From positions 88,908,001 to 88,972,000 of the forward strand of contig OZ024740.1 of assembly GCA_964016885.1 (NCBI GenBank): DNA of 64,000 nucleotides, in the 5' to 3' direction. A model generated the notes under the pieces. That model did not search any database. It was not told the DNA's origin and was given only the letters and a program-made list of their open reading frames with translations. Shown here one piece after another: positions 1 to 12,243 of this stretch. The DNA is from Eledone cirrhosa (Eukaryota). Every line of letters starts with the position of its first letter. Position 1 is the stretch's first letter. Both the position numbers and the translations under genes were made by a program.

Positions 1-747
1 GCACACACATATATATATATATAGCTGAAAACTCTGGTTTAATTATTATACTTTAGGCACTATAACTATTTAACAATAAATTCCTTGATAGTTATAACTG
101 TAAATACTTCATAAACTATACATACAGAAAGTTGTCACTGTTACAAGTAATTTTGTTAAATATTACCTTTGTGAGAATATTGAACAGTATATATCTTTCT
201 TTCGTGGGCCTCGTAAATCCTTTAAATTTGTTTTCATAAAACTTTGAATTTTAGAAATTTGACACATTTATAAAATTTATAAAATTTTATAAAATTAATA
301 CAAATGACCATCAACTTTTAAAACCTAAAATGTTGATTCTTTACCCTAAAATAACATAAATTAAATACTTTAAATATTTTGAAATTTAACCGCCAAGGTT
401 ATACATGTTTATATGAGTCCGAAAAAAATTTGAGCATAAATTACTCCCCTTTATCTCTCCCTCTCTTTAATTATCTATCAGTTGCATTCTCAAGCTAAAA
501 ACTAAATAAATTATAACTCCAGATACGTCTTCCTCTATAGTCCTATAGTAGTATTTCAGACTTTAAAAACTCTATAACTGTTGCATTAAGGCAATGTTTT
601 TCTTACTCACACTCTACCTATTGATTCTATTACGTTTTCGCATGTTCTCAATATTAGGGTGTAAGTATTGAGTTTTCTCATAAGTTAATCACTACCTTGA
701 TTAAATCTTAACCATCTAACATGTCAGGTTATGTCATGTATCATTTT

Positions 748-813
748 ATTTTATTTGATGATGGCGTACTGTTGAACCTGATTCAAGTACCTCTGAAATG
801 TGTATAATAAAAT
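748..813 (+). ncRNA. Decayed type I hammerhead ribozyme (C3U core mutation), same family as 42776-42845
   Basis: attttat-TTGATGA-[stem II with gtac/gtac and ttgaa/ttcaa]-GAAA-tgtgta-TA-ataaaat; stem I 7 bp; stem III is tgcgca with two C-to-T transitions. Confidence 0.6.
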
Positions 814-1062
814 TTAATTGATCACAAGAATATTTATTTTGTTAATATTTGAATTAATATTAATAACTCTGGAAAATATTTTCTGTTGCAAACACCAGCT
901 TCACTACTATTTGATTTGGCAGATGTCTTTAACCCATTGATACCAAATATTATTTGGTCACTAGTTCGTATGAAAGTATATAAATATATTTATTTTTATT
1001 TGAATTTGGCAAAGCCGGCTATTTATCGCTCTTATACAGGAAACTGACTGGCCAGTCTGCTG

Positions 1063-1118
1063 ATATGCAAATCTGGCTGATCAGTGGATTTGCGAATATG
1101 CAGATCTGACTGATCAGT
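1063..1118. repeat. Two-copy 23-bp repeat, 33-bp period
   Basis: atatgcaaatctggctgatcagt at 1063 and atatgcagatctgactgatcagt at 1096. Confidence 0.7.
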
Positions 1119-1168
1119 CACTGAGTATTTTTTGAAAGTAGCATATATTTTCACTAGCTCTGACATAT

Positions 1169-1246
1169 TGGCAGGTGAAGAGTGAGCTGTACTGATGATG
1201 GTTGATACCCAGAAACATTAGTGTCTGCAGTTCTGTTCACATGCCA
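1169..1246 (+). ncRNA. Type I hammerhead ribozyme, intact core, extended stem I
   Basis: gagctgta-CTGATGA(1192-1198)-tgg/cca stem II-GAAA(1212-1215)-cattagtg-TC(1224-1225)-tgcagttc; stem I extends via gtgaa/ttcac and tggca/tgcca. Confidence 0.85.
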
Positions 1247-1351
1247 GCACAAGAGCAAGAATGAAGGATTCATTCTACTGACATGGCTCTAAAATTGAGG
1301 ATTGTTTGCATAATTGCAAACGAATCGAATGTTATTATTAATATTCGAAAA

Positions 1352-1435
1352 TCCTTACGATGGTCGATGAAATAAAGTACCAGTAATACACTGGGATAAT
1401 TCCTGGTCTTGTGCCAAAAGTAGAAACAATTATTA
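1352..1435 (+). mobile_element. 3' fragment of tRNA-derived SINE
   Basis: Matches ggtcgataaaataaagtaccag...gtgccaaaagtagaaacaattatt of the fuller copies at 4615 and 63312. Confidence 0.85.
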
Positions 1436-1461
1436 ATATTCGAAAACCTCAGATTACATTC

Positions 1462-1502
<41 letters not shown>

Positions 1503-1512
1503 GAATATATGA

Positions 1513-2130
1513 TAGGGATAAACACTGATACATGTATACATCTGTTCGTATTGCAAATGACCAAGTTAGCTAGATTGAAAAATACTAATTACAATAATAC
1601 AGTTTGCCTGTCTCGATTTAAAATAATAAATCAATAAAAACAAATCTATATTGGCAAAAGCCGTGATACCTGGACAAATTTAACTGTTAAACTTCAAATT
1701 TGTTTCGCAACGATTAAGTGAAAGTTCCTATTTCTGTGCTCTTCTGTAGGTATACAGAAATTGGTATGTTTCACTTCAAAATACTAATGAAGTCTGGGAG
1801 ATATGTGTTTTTTAACGCACATGTGTCACATCATCTAACGCGTCCCATATTCGTACCGCTAAAAATAGCAGCCGGTTTTATGGTACTTAAACGTTAGCTC
1901 AACGGATGGAGCCTTAAATATTATATATAGAGTTATAAACTCAAATAGTCTTTTACAATTAATTAGCTCAAAGAAAGGAATATTTCTGAGCCGTGTAATA
2001 CAAATGAATATAGATAAACAAATGAATAGGGATAACAAATGAATAGGGATAAACACTGATACGAGTATTCATGTGTTCGTATTGCAAATGACCAGATTAG
2101 CTAAATTGAAAAATACTAATTACAATATAC
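1513..2130 (+). repeat. About 88-bp dispersed direct repeat (1513-1600 and 2044-2130)
   Basis: Both copies read atagggataaacactgatac...tgttcgtattgcaaatgacca...attgaaaaatactaattacaat. Confidence 0.85.
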
Positions 2131-2135
2131 TTGTT

Positions 2136-2188
<53 letters not shown>

Positions 2189-2426
2189 ACTAGAAATTGA
2201 TTGACATATATATATATATCTAAAATAAACATATGAATCAATCACAGGGAATAATTTGTAAAAGTGTGTAAGCACACATAGCTATGTAGGTAACTAATTA
2301 CAGTTTAACTAGAACTTTAAAAATAGATACCTTATAAATGGACTAATCTTCCTTGTATATATTTCATTAAAGAAATATATTTCACTATCAATCAATATTA
2401 CAAGCGTTACCTTAACAAAATATTAA

Positions 2427-2873
2427 ACTAGACCTGAAAAATGCGCAAGCTTAAAAGAGCCACAGAATGTTATAATAAACCTTCAAAAGAGTGGGACTAG
2501 AGTTGTTGCTCAACAATATTGTAATCATTATCTATCGTACACTCTGTGGCATCCTTTTATAAAAAAGAGACTCAACGAACTCAAGACGACACAATAATTA
2601 TTTAAGTGAATTTATAATATAGAATTCTGTTTAAGTGTATTTCGTATTAATCATTACTGAACATCTAATATGAGATATTGAACATTAGCTTAAATAATTA
2701 TCGTGTCGTCTTGAGTTCGTTATGAGTCTCTTTTTTATAAAAGGATGCCACAGAGTGTACGATAGATAATGATTACAATTATTTTGAGCAACAACAACTC
2801 TAGTCCCACACGTTTGAAGGTTTATTATAACATTCTGTGGCTCTTTTGAGCTTGCGTACTTTTCATGTCTAGT
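2427..2873. repeat. Long inverted repeat / MITE-like foldback (arms 2427-2606 and 2689-2873, 82-bp spacer)
   Basis: Arms are near-perfect reverse complements, e.g. gtacactctgtggcatccttttataaaaaagagactc vs gagtctcttttttataaaaggatgccacagagtgtac. Confidence 0.9.
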
Positions 2874-4614
2874 AATATATATTCAAAGACTAATAATAAT
2901 AATAATGATAATAATAATAACTACGGGAGCTAAATATTTTATAAATAATATATATTGGTACTTTGTACTAATAGCCTGATTAATTCAGACAACAATTTAG
3001 AAGCATATGCTGCATGTATATTTTGTTATTATCATACCGTACATTAACGTATTTAATTATAACGATTTCCTGCACGCACTACTATAACCGTGGATGTAAG
3101 TGCAATAGGATATAGTGGTAAATTACTTTTAAGCATAATGTGTTATGGCATCTTTCTAAATATATACGACCATGTTTTATACTATGATTCCAAACGCAAA
3201 TGCAGCTGAATTACAACAATATGGCTGTGACCTCGTATTACAGTGACATCAATAAAATATTAATATCTAAAAAACTTCTGAGAGAGTTACAAAAGTATAC
3301 GATGTATAATTCTAAATATTCTACGACACTCTAGTATAGTTGTGGATATTGTTCAAATGCTCTGTGTGAATTAAATTATGATTAACATTGAACGTGTGAC
3401 ACAGATTTTGAAGTACAATAGCAATTAAAGTAATTTTATAGCACCTGTATTCTAAAGCATGTTTTGCGGGTACTGTATTACTCCATATAATAACACAACT
3501 AACATAGTTACATATAAGCCTTAACATCCGAATATTTGTGGCTATTAGAAACCTTTATGTTTTTATCGATTTGATCGCGATTATTATATATTCAGTGTAT
3601 ATCCTTAATAATGTACGAATTACTGATCAATAGGGCTATTCTAATAGAGCCTGCAAAACATTGTGTTAACGAATACTTAGTGGAAGTGCTATATCATAAA
3701 ACTACATTATAAAAAAAAAAACCGATTCATTTGGTTTGGGAGTACGTTGGATATTTGTTAGAATCGCATTATATTCTGGCGACGATATTACAAGAGAATT
3801 TCTTTATTATGAAAACGACGTTGGCTTCATTGAGTGTAGATTTCCTACAAAAATTGCATCACAATAATCTATAAGAAAAATACATAATACACTATGTATT
3901 AAGAATATATATTTAGGCTTTCTGCAAATTTCATTTGCGAATATATACAAGACTGAATGGTCGGAATAACTACACGTAGTCTCTGAGGATTATAACATCT
4001 AATGCGTTTCATAGCAAAGCTGTACACATGCTCTTATTTAAACTAAACGAATTTATCAATACCATTTCTTTTTTATGTGCCGAAAATATCAAAATGTAAC
4101 AATACACTGAGAACATTTCAGCAAGCTTTATTTCTAATATTGAATATCCGACCGCTCGAGTATTCAATATATCTTTATCAATCTTAGCTTTATGTTTGAG
4201 TGCTTACGGTGTGTGTGTGAAGGTTTATCGAATACGAAAGGAATTATTTTACGGAGAAGAGAACCATAGTAAGATATAAATACCCCATGCCTAAGATAGA
4301 TTATAGAATTAACTTCAAGCTAAACAAAATAGTGAGTGAACAGTTTGCACAGAAGACTGGGCCCATAACAGTGATTTATGAAATTAATGAAATACCTTAT
4401 ATAATGGACTGAATGAGAAACGCCTGTTTCTTTTGAAAGAATCATCAAAAGGGCAGAGCAAAGTATTTCGGCAGATATATGCCCTGGATAGTTTTCATTT
4501 GTCGCAAGTTGATTATTGCTGATAAACTACATAGAAAGTATTATATAGAAATGCACTGTCCAAACAGAAGATATTGACATGTAATAGGATATATATGTCT
4601 GTCTCTTATTATTG

Positions 4615-5146
4615 CGATGGATTGGCAGTATCGGTAGAGAGTCGGGCACCATGCTTTGAAGCACAGAGTTACATCCCTTTATGATCTGAGTTCAAATCCC
4701 GCCGAGGTTACCTTTGCCTTTCATCCTTACGAGGTCGATAAAATAAAGTACCAGTAATGCACTGGATAATTGCTGGCTTTGTGCCAAAAAGTAGAAATAA
4801 TTATTTAGTTACGTCCCTTTACGGTCTGAGTTCAACTCCCGTCGAAGTTACCTTTGCATTTCATCCTTACGGGGTCGATAAAATAAAGTAGCAGTAATGC
4901 ACTGGGTAATTTCTGGCCTTGTGCCAAAAGTAGAAACAATTATTTAGATATGAGAAACAAATATATATATCCTATTACGCCATGCTTTGCAGCGAAGAAT
5001 TACCGCCCTTTATGGTCTGAGTTCAAATCCCGCTGAGGTTCACTTTGCCTTTCATCCTTATGGGTCGAGAAAATAAAGTAGCAGTAATACTTTGGGATAA
5101 TTGCTGGCATTATGCCAAAAGTAGAAACAATTATTTAGATATGAGA
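4615..5146 (+). mobile_element. Tandem trimer of tRNA-derived SINE with Deu/Nin-like central domain
   Basis: A-box-like tggcagtatcgg and B-box gagttcaaatcc; core ctttgcctttcatccttacggggtcgataaaataaagtaccag present three times (monomers about 4615-4805, 4807-4945, 4979-5135); monomers 2 and 3 lack most of the head. Confidence 0.9.
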
Positions 5147-5967
5147 GGCTAAAAACCTCAATTTAAGGCATAAGGAAGCGATATCATCAGCATAGGTTTG
5201 AAACCCTTTCTATCACTTGTGATGGAATCGTGTTACTATTTACACCGCATTGGTTTTTGTAAGCGGTACCAATCAGCGTGATATGTTCTCTTTCTTGTTC
5301 TCAAAATTTAGTCCCAGCTCAACTTTGAACAAGTACTCCTAAGATCAAAAGTATTTCAGTCGTGACCCAGGCTTTATTATCCATCGTGTCAGTGTTTCTA
5401 AGATGGGGAAAAGCAATTTGAGAGAGATATCGGGATACTCTTTCAGTAGTTCAAGTGCGTCAGTCATTAACTATCGTTGATTGGTGCTTATCGTATAAAT
5501 TGCATTAAGCATTGCTCCAATTTATTTGTTTCTTTGGTATATATTTAGACAATACATGTGTTAACTGATTTCATATGACTAATGCAATTCATGCCTCTAA
5601 ATTATATAGTTAAATTCTTGTAATATTTTTGTCTGGGAGAGGGATATTGTTTATAATCATTTTCATGGTCTGTGAAACGTGTTGGAGAGAGCGGAAGACA
5701 TGTGTTTTCAAATGAAATCGGACCCTGATTCAAATGCTTGCATCTAACAGGACACCGCTATCGGCAGGAAAGAAGCAGATAGGCAAGGCGTGCTAAACTA
5801 GAGTGGCCGATGTAAAGCAAAATGCCATCTAAAATCAGAAAGAGAACAGCCGAAACTAACTTTACAAGTCATCCATCTCCCCGACAACCTAACCATTTCA
5901 CTAGTTCACTGCCTTAGAACAGTACTTTTGATAATTACACCTGAAGTATAAGAAGTGCAGTTAACAT

Positions 5968-6043
5968 CAGCGGTATTCGAACTAAGAATAAATGCTGCAC
6001 GTAATTTCATCCAAAAATGTAATGTTTCTGGCAATTTGCCGCC
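5968..6043 (-). mobile_element. Decayed SINE head
   Basis: Reverse complement begins ggcggcaaattgccagaaac and contains B-box-like gttcgaatacc. Confidence 0.45.
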
Positions 6044-6324
6044 TATAGTATGTTGTTCCAGATTCTACATAATTGAATGTTAAGACTTTATTTGATATCT
6101 GGGAATTTTTAGTCATGACTTAGGACTAATCAACATTACATGTATTTTCATTGTCTTTGTAAAAGTTACAACAAAATAATTAATTGCTCATTTTCGTACA
6201 TTGGCACGATACCACAAAGTAGGCTGTAAATATTACAGCTGAAATATAATACAAACGAAACAACTATTTTATGCAGAACGAAGTTTTCAAATCGGAATAA
6301 TCGTTATTAATTATATATTATGAA

Positions 6325-6458
6325 GGCGGCGAATCGCCAAAAATGTTAGAACATCAGATAGAATGCTTTGCAGCATTCATTACGGTTCTCTTGTCTTTGA
6401 GTCCCACCGAGGTCAACTTTGACTTTCATCAATTCAAGGTCGATACAAAAGTACCAGT
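6325..6458 (+). mobile_element. Decayed SINE, same family as 4615
   Basis: ggcggcgaatcgcc head; ccgaggtcaactttgactttcatc...ggtcgatacaaaagtaccagt core. Confidence 0.75.
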
Positions 6459-6530
6459 CTATTCCTGGGTTCGATTTTTCTATATTTCTTTCTGACATCC
6501 ATACGCCAACTTCCTATCTTTCTATTGCAG

Positions 6531-6650
6531 AAACCTGCTTTATTCAGACCTGGAGAGAAGGAGGCCGCCATGTTTATAACAATCTAGAAACTCCGTATGT
6601 CAATGCGGCACTCCTACGACACCAGCAGGTGTTACGGGATTCAGAAGAAG
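6531..6650 (+). other. Candidate 120-nt phase 1-1 coding exon (ETCFIQTWREGGRHVYNNLETPYVNAALLRHQQVLRDSEE)
   Basis: Pyrimidine tract + ttgcag acceptor, gaag|gtacat donor, only one frame open, locally higher GC. Confidence 0.25.
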
Positions 6651-6950
6651 GTACATTATGAGTTATTTAATCTACACGCCCATCGTGCTTAGTGTTCTAA
6701 TAAATATTTTTTCCAAATGATGCTATTAATATTCTCAAAAATGAGTCAATATATAAGTAGAAGACAACTGTCCTTAAGAGGTATTATTTCGTATCAAGTA
6801 GAAGCGAGAATCCAAAAGCCATCTCAGTGGGATATCATTCTACATAACTCAGGTGAAATGTATATCTGGAAAGATGCTAGTTCTACATTCTTATTTTATA
6901 ACTCAATGAAAGAAAGGCCTCTCGGTTGAATGTTAAGGGGGGTCACTCAC

Positions 6951-7118
6951 CGCCCAGAGCATGAGGCTCATACACGCGTTGTCCACTCTTACGTTTTATA
7001 CGCATATAACAATATTCTTTGCTCTTCGGAAATGGGTGTTCTCGCATACCTTTCGAAAAACTAGTCGTTCCCACCCAAAATAACCGCTCTTTGGACAACT
7101 CTCTCCACATCAATTCAA
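6951..7118 (-). other. Candidate 168-nt phase 1-1 coding exon (ELMWRELSKERLFWVGTTSFSKGMREHPFPKSKEYCYMRIKRKSGQRVYEPHALG)
   Basis: Minus-strand acceptor ttttattatttattag, consensus donor gcg|gtgagt, length divisible by 3, only one frame open. Confidence 0.35.
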
Positions 7119-7554
7119 CTAATAAATAATAAAAAGCAATAATACACCACAATAATTTCTTGTTTGGCCTTCTATATTTCTCTATGTTCAGTGGCTTTCC
7201 ACGTGCAATGCAATCGTGAGTTAACTAATGAAATAATTAAAGTAAAACTCTGACATCGATATATAAAATATAACACGTAGTGTTATGCATTCCCCACAAT
7301 TCTTCTTAAAGCATTGAACTGATTCTGCACGAGAGTTATTGACATCAATTTGCTAGAATCATATTTTAGGTGAATTAACAGAAAAAACATTAAAAGAGAA
7401 GACAGATATAGGCCACAATCTTTTTTCTTTTGTTGCTTTTTTCATAATATTACATACTCATAATTTGTTTCGATGTTACTTGAATACGATACAGATATAT
7501 TTGAAACAATTTTATGATAATGTTTCATAATGTAATAAAAAATCCTGTAAATAT

Positions 7555-7566
7555 GTACACACACAT

Positions 7567-7635
<69 letters not shown>

Positions 7636-7719
7636 AACAAGTATGACCCCGACGGCTACTTCTGGTCCAGAATTAGCCGTCGAAACGGCTTGAGCTCTGC
7701 CGTCGGGGTCATACTTGTT

Positions 7720-7756
<37 letters not shown>

Positions 7757-8010
7757 AACAAGGGGAGAGGAATACTGCATGGTTGCACATGGATTACATA
7801 TTATAAAATTAGTCCCATATATATATATATATATACGTGTGTGTGAGTGTGTGTATTGATATTTCAATATTGCGCAACCATACAGATATATTTTTCTATA
7901 ACAGTAGCATCCACAGATACTACTGTTATACTCAAGAAAAAAATAACAAAATAATTTATACAGAGGAAAGTTTTTTCATGCCGTAAGGAGGAGAGTACAG
8001 AACATGTATT

Positions 8011-8072
<62 letters not shown>

Positions 8073-8082
8073 TATACATGTG

Positions 8083-8164
<82 letters not shown>

Positions 8165-8258
8165 TTACATATATATATGTATTAAATAAATAAATACATA
8201 TATATTTATTTATGTATGTATGTATATATATATGCCGGAGATAATCATGTTTGTACAT

Positions 8259-8293
<35 letters not shown>

Positions 8294-8297
8294 CACC

Positions 8298-8383
<86 letters not shown>

Positions 8384-8390
8384 TATATAT
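7555..8390. repeat. (TA)n/(CA)n microsatellite cluster
   Basis: Multiple long dinucleotide tracts; these explain the YIYI ORFs in the track. Confidence 0.95.
7634..7721 (+). repeat. 88-bp foldback in (TA)n containing the 3' part of a hammerhead
   Basis: 23-bp perfect arms ggaacaagtatgaccccgacggc / gccgtcggggtcatacttgttcc; internal gacggcta/tagccgtc-GAAA-cggc/gccg-TC. Confidence 0.75.
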
Positions 8391-9406
8391 GCCTGAGATA
8401 ATCACGTTTGTACATAACTTTTCTTCTTTACTTTGGACGTTTATGTTGATTAGCTGATTAACTGAATAATTCATGGCTCAGATCATCTTCATAATGCAAT
8501 TTACCGAACCTTTGGGAACCGGAAAACGTAGTTTTTTCTTGCACATTTATATTCTATACTTTTCTTTGGACTTTTGCTCGCGAGGCTATGGCATATCCTA
8601 TTAGTATCTATGTTATTACATTATATTCATGTGTACTATTATTTTGTTACCTCATGTCTGATGTGAGTTTTTGATGACATTAGAACCATTAAATATATGT
8701 TCGACATAAGAATTCTGTCTCTATGTTCAAGCACAATAAATATAAACATAGACACAACAACCCGACGAATACATTTATGCATGTTTGAATGGTATTCATA
8801 AAAAAAAAATAATGTCGTATATGTTGGGCTCTATTTGCCTCGTAATCAGGAATATAGGAAATATCAGTTAATATTTCTTATTCAGGAATATAGAATTATA
8901 AAATCGTCCAGAAAAAAATAAGAAGGAAATTAAGAAAAATACAAATATATGCACAGGAATAGTGTTGTGTCGACAAAGTTGGTTTCAATCATACAGTGTT
9001 TAACCTTGGATAGCTGTATTCTATTACCTATTCGTGTTGAGTGTTTTTAGTGCTACCAATAATTAAATATAACCACTCAACCTCAGGCTATATGTAAACG
9101 ACCATATCCAGCCGAGAGTGTCAATTTGCTAAATGCAAATGAGTATCTCCAGCAAGTGATCATGACGCAAAATTGTCTATATATTATAGTCTATTTCATC
9201 CCACTACATGTTGTGTGTGTGTGTGTGTCACTGATGTAAGATTAACATATCCTGATAGGGCACTGTCTGGCAACTCTGATATATGCACGGAGTTTCGTTT
9301 CGTGAATAAAATATATTTTCCATCAGCAAGTCTACCCACGTTTTTATTGTAAGTAAACGTATTATATTTGTTTTCATATACACCTCACTCTCTCACGCTC
9401 CTTCTC

Positions 9407-9484
<78 letters not shown>

Positions 9485-10477
9485 TGTATATATATATATA
9501 TATGTGTGTGTGAATGTTTGTACTAAACTGAACCAATATATTTCTCTAATTTAATATAGATTTACACCCATTTCCTTCATATTTCACAGTATTTCATCCC
9601 TTCTTCATTTATAATATATGTCACGATCTCACTTATTATTCTTTTCTCATCTTTCCATATTTAAACCATTAACATCGATTTTTCAGTCTCTTATATTATG
9701 CCGAATACGTCATATATTTGTTACCCCATCATTTTCTCTCTCAAGCTTATTTTCCCTCTTTTCTTCCTCCTCTCTCAATAACTTATATAATCTGTACAAA
9801 ACCCTTTCCTTTCTTTCTTATTCCTTACCGTTCTCACTTTAGAGTGTATTTGTTGTACTTTATTTTCATATAAACATGAAGCGTCCCATTCTTTCACTTA
9901 TCAAGATGACATTGGCTGAGGAGACTTACCTTCCGTAACATTTATGTATATTTATGTATAGTTTATAGTATCTGATGAAACAAACGAAATAGAATTAATT
10001 AATAAGTATCTTTAAAGCATTTTTGTTTAATCCCATATAACTAATATGGATTTAATTTCATATAAAAAATCTTAGTTACTTGAGCATCTTGGAATAAACC
10101 CTCCTTTGTAATATATTTTTTTTGTAGAGACCGGTGAAAAACAAAGAAATATGTTGTAAATTTCGCTTCACACGATGGATGTATTATCATTATTATTATC
10201 ATTATTTTGGATAATGCCACGTTTTATTGATGCTGGTATGTCTTTTAAATGTTTTTCTCTTTTGTCAATAATTGTGACAAAGTTTTGACAAAATCGATTA
10301 CATAAAGCTGTTTACTATTCGTCGGTTAGATATCTTCATAGTAACCATCAGGGAATGGGCGTTATGAAGTGTTACAAAGTGGAATTTTGTTATCGTTTTT
10401 ACTCAAAAAATTCAAAAATCCCCAGTTCCTTTATTGGCCAAAGCTGCTGATACGAGTAGGGAGACTGACACAGCAGT

Positions 10478-12243
10478 TTGTGCTCCGAAAAAGAAAGCAA
10501 TAACAACAACAACAACAACTTCCCTGTTTTAACACCGCCTTCGCCGCCAATATATGCTGGACACCAAACATACACAAGAAACAACAACAAAAACAACAAC
10601 AACATTGACAGCGCGATCACAATCACTATAACTACAAAAGCTGATGTGAAATCAAACATTGTACACAAGAAAACCAACGGCAACACTACCACCATTTCCT
10701 CAAAGAGAATATATTCCGACATTCTCGTAGAGAAACACATACCGAGTCGGAATGATGATTCAATCACCTCCCTCCAAAAAGCAAAAGGTAAATCTCTCTC
10801 TCTCAGGTGTTTCCTTCCACGTTATCGAGAATGGTCTCTCACAGAATAGGCAGCATATATTCATGCGGCTGGCGTCGTCTTGGATGCAGGATCACCTGCT
10901 CAACAACCTCAGGTCTCTGAACATATATGTGGTAGCCACATGGCGAATAGGAGAGGAGGGTGTAAAAGCCTCGCAAACCTACTCAGACGGTTCCAACTCT
11001 CTGACAGGTTCCGTTTGGATTTCCCACATCGGGTCATCCAGATCGTATCTAGATAAGGTTTCTGTAGAGATATAGATACGGCTAGTATAGGATGTCCACC
11101 TTTCAAGATGTTTGGCTACACAGATCACAGATTTGTGATCTGCGTGGTCCACGTTGATAGGTTACATAGACAGGGACCTAGCTATTGGAAGCTAAACGCA
11201 TCGGTCCCAGCGCGTAAATTACAGAGACTAGTTTAGAGAATTATTTAAGCGGGCGTTGCCGATGGCAATCATCAACAACATATGGTTGTTCACCATGAAA
11301 AGGGTTATCAAATTAGAATCCATTTGGTTTAGCAAGGATATAGTGATAGAACAGAATAGACAAGAGGGCGGACCTTTTCGAAAACTAGAAGAGGCGCTTA
11401 GAAAAGAAGCGCATCCGACATACCAGCGGTGAGATTGGCCCTCAACAAATTCGTCAACGCTAAGCACGAAGGCTGTGTTGTTAGTATAAATGTGCGTGCA
11501 CTAATAAACGAGGGAAGCCGTTCAATGGGCCCGGGTGGCGGAAGTGCTTCATGGTAGCTAAGCCACGCTCCGGTCTTTGGCGCTCCACGACGGGCACATG
11601 TTAGTCGATTACGAGCTGATGGGTGCGACCATTTAGCAGCACCTCATACAACTATCTCTGAGCAATGGTTGGTCGGATCGCATAATAGAATTATATCTCT
11701 ACCTCAACGATCTATCGCGACTCTGGGTGACTGAGCCTGACCGCTACGAAATGCAGACAACTTCCGCTGAGACTCGAAAGGCAAAGACTGGCTGTGTGAG
11801 TAGTAAATCACCGGGTTTGGATGGTCTGCCTTTCGAGATTTATGTACACATAAGATACTCCTTTGGTGACCTTTTGGCAGAAATATGCTACAACCTGCGA
11901 CAGAACGGGAGATTTCTAAGTTCTGTGAGCTGAAGAGCGGTGGAGGTGCTGAGAAAGGACCCGAACAAGGGTAACGATGTAAATAATTTCAGGCATATAA
12001 TTCTACTGAATGCAGAGTTCAGAACTTTGGCCTGGGTACTAGGAACGAGGTTGGCACTACTCGTTTGGGAGTCTGGTGGGCGTGGCGTAGCCATGCGCCA
12101 TTTCAATCATATCCATTCACGACAACCTGCACATCATACGATACATTGTTGACAGCGTAGCTAAGGAATCTGGCACAGGTGTGTCCTTGTTTAATTTAGA
12201 TCAATCGAAATCATTCGATAGTGTCGTACATCAACACCTGTCA
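10478..12243 (+). mobile_element. Decayed, internally deleted L1/Tx1-like LINE (ORF1 N-terminus, APE endonuclease, RT start)
   Basis: HLLNNLRSLNI, SSRSYLD, YWKLNAS, KSPGLDGLPFE, LRKDPNKG...NFRHIILLNAEF and DQSKSFD motifs with stops and frameshifts; homologous to 29377-34735. Confidence 0.9.

Noticed and set aside
4615-4710. tRNA gene
   Set aside because: The A/B boxes belong to a SINE head; no cloverleaf
5150-5215. Minus-strand CTGATGA and a TYADDIA reading
   Set aside because: No GAAA/stem III for a hammerhead, and no other RT motifs around the YADD
7525-8474. YIYI/CVCV ORFs here and at 21084, 38901-40882 and 48312-48850
   Set aside because: Translations of (TA)n, (CA)n and (TATG)n microsatellites, not genes
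9916-10010. CTGAGGA and CTGATGA...GAAA motifs
   Set aside because: No pairable stem I or stem II
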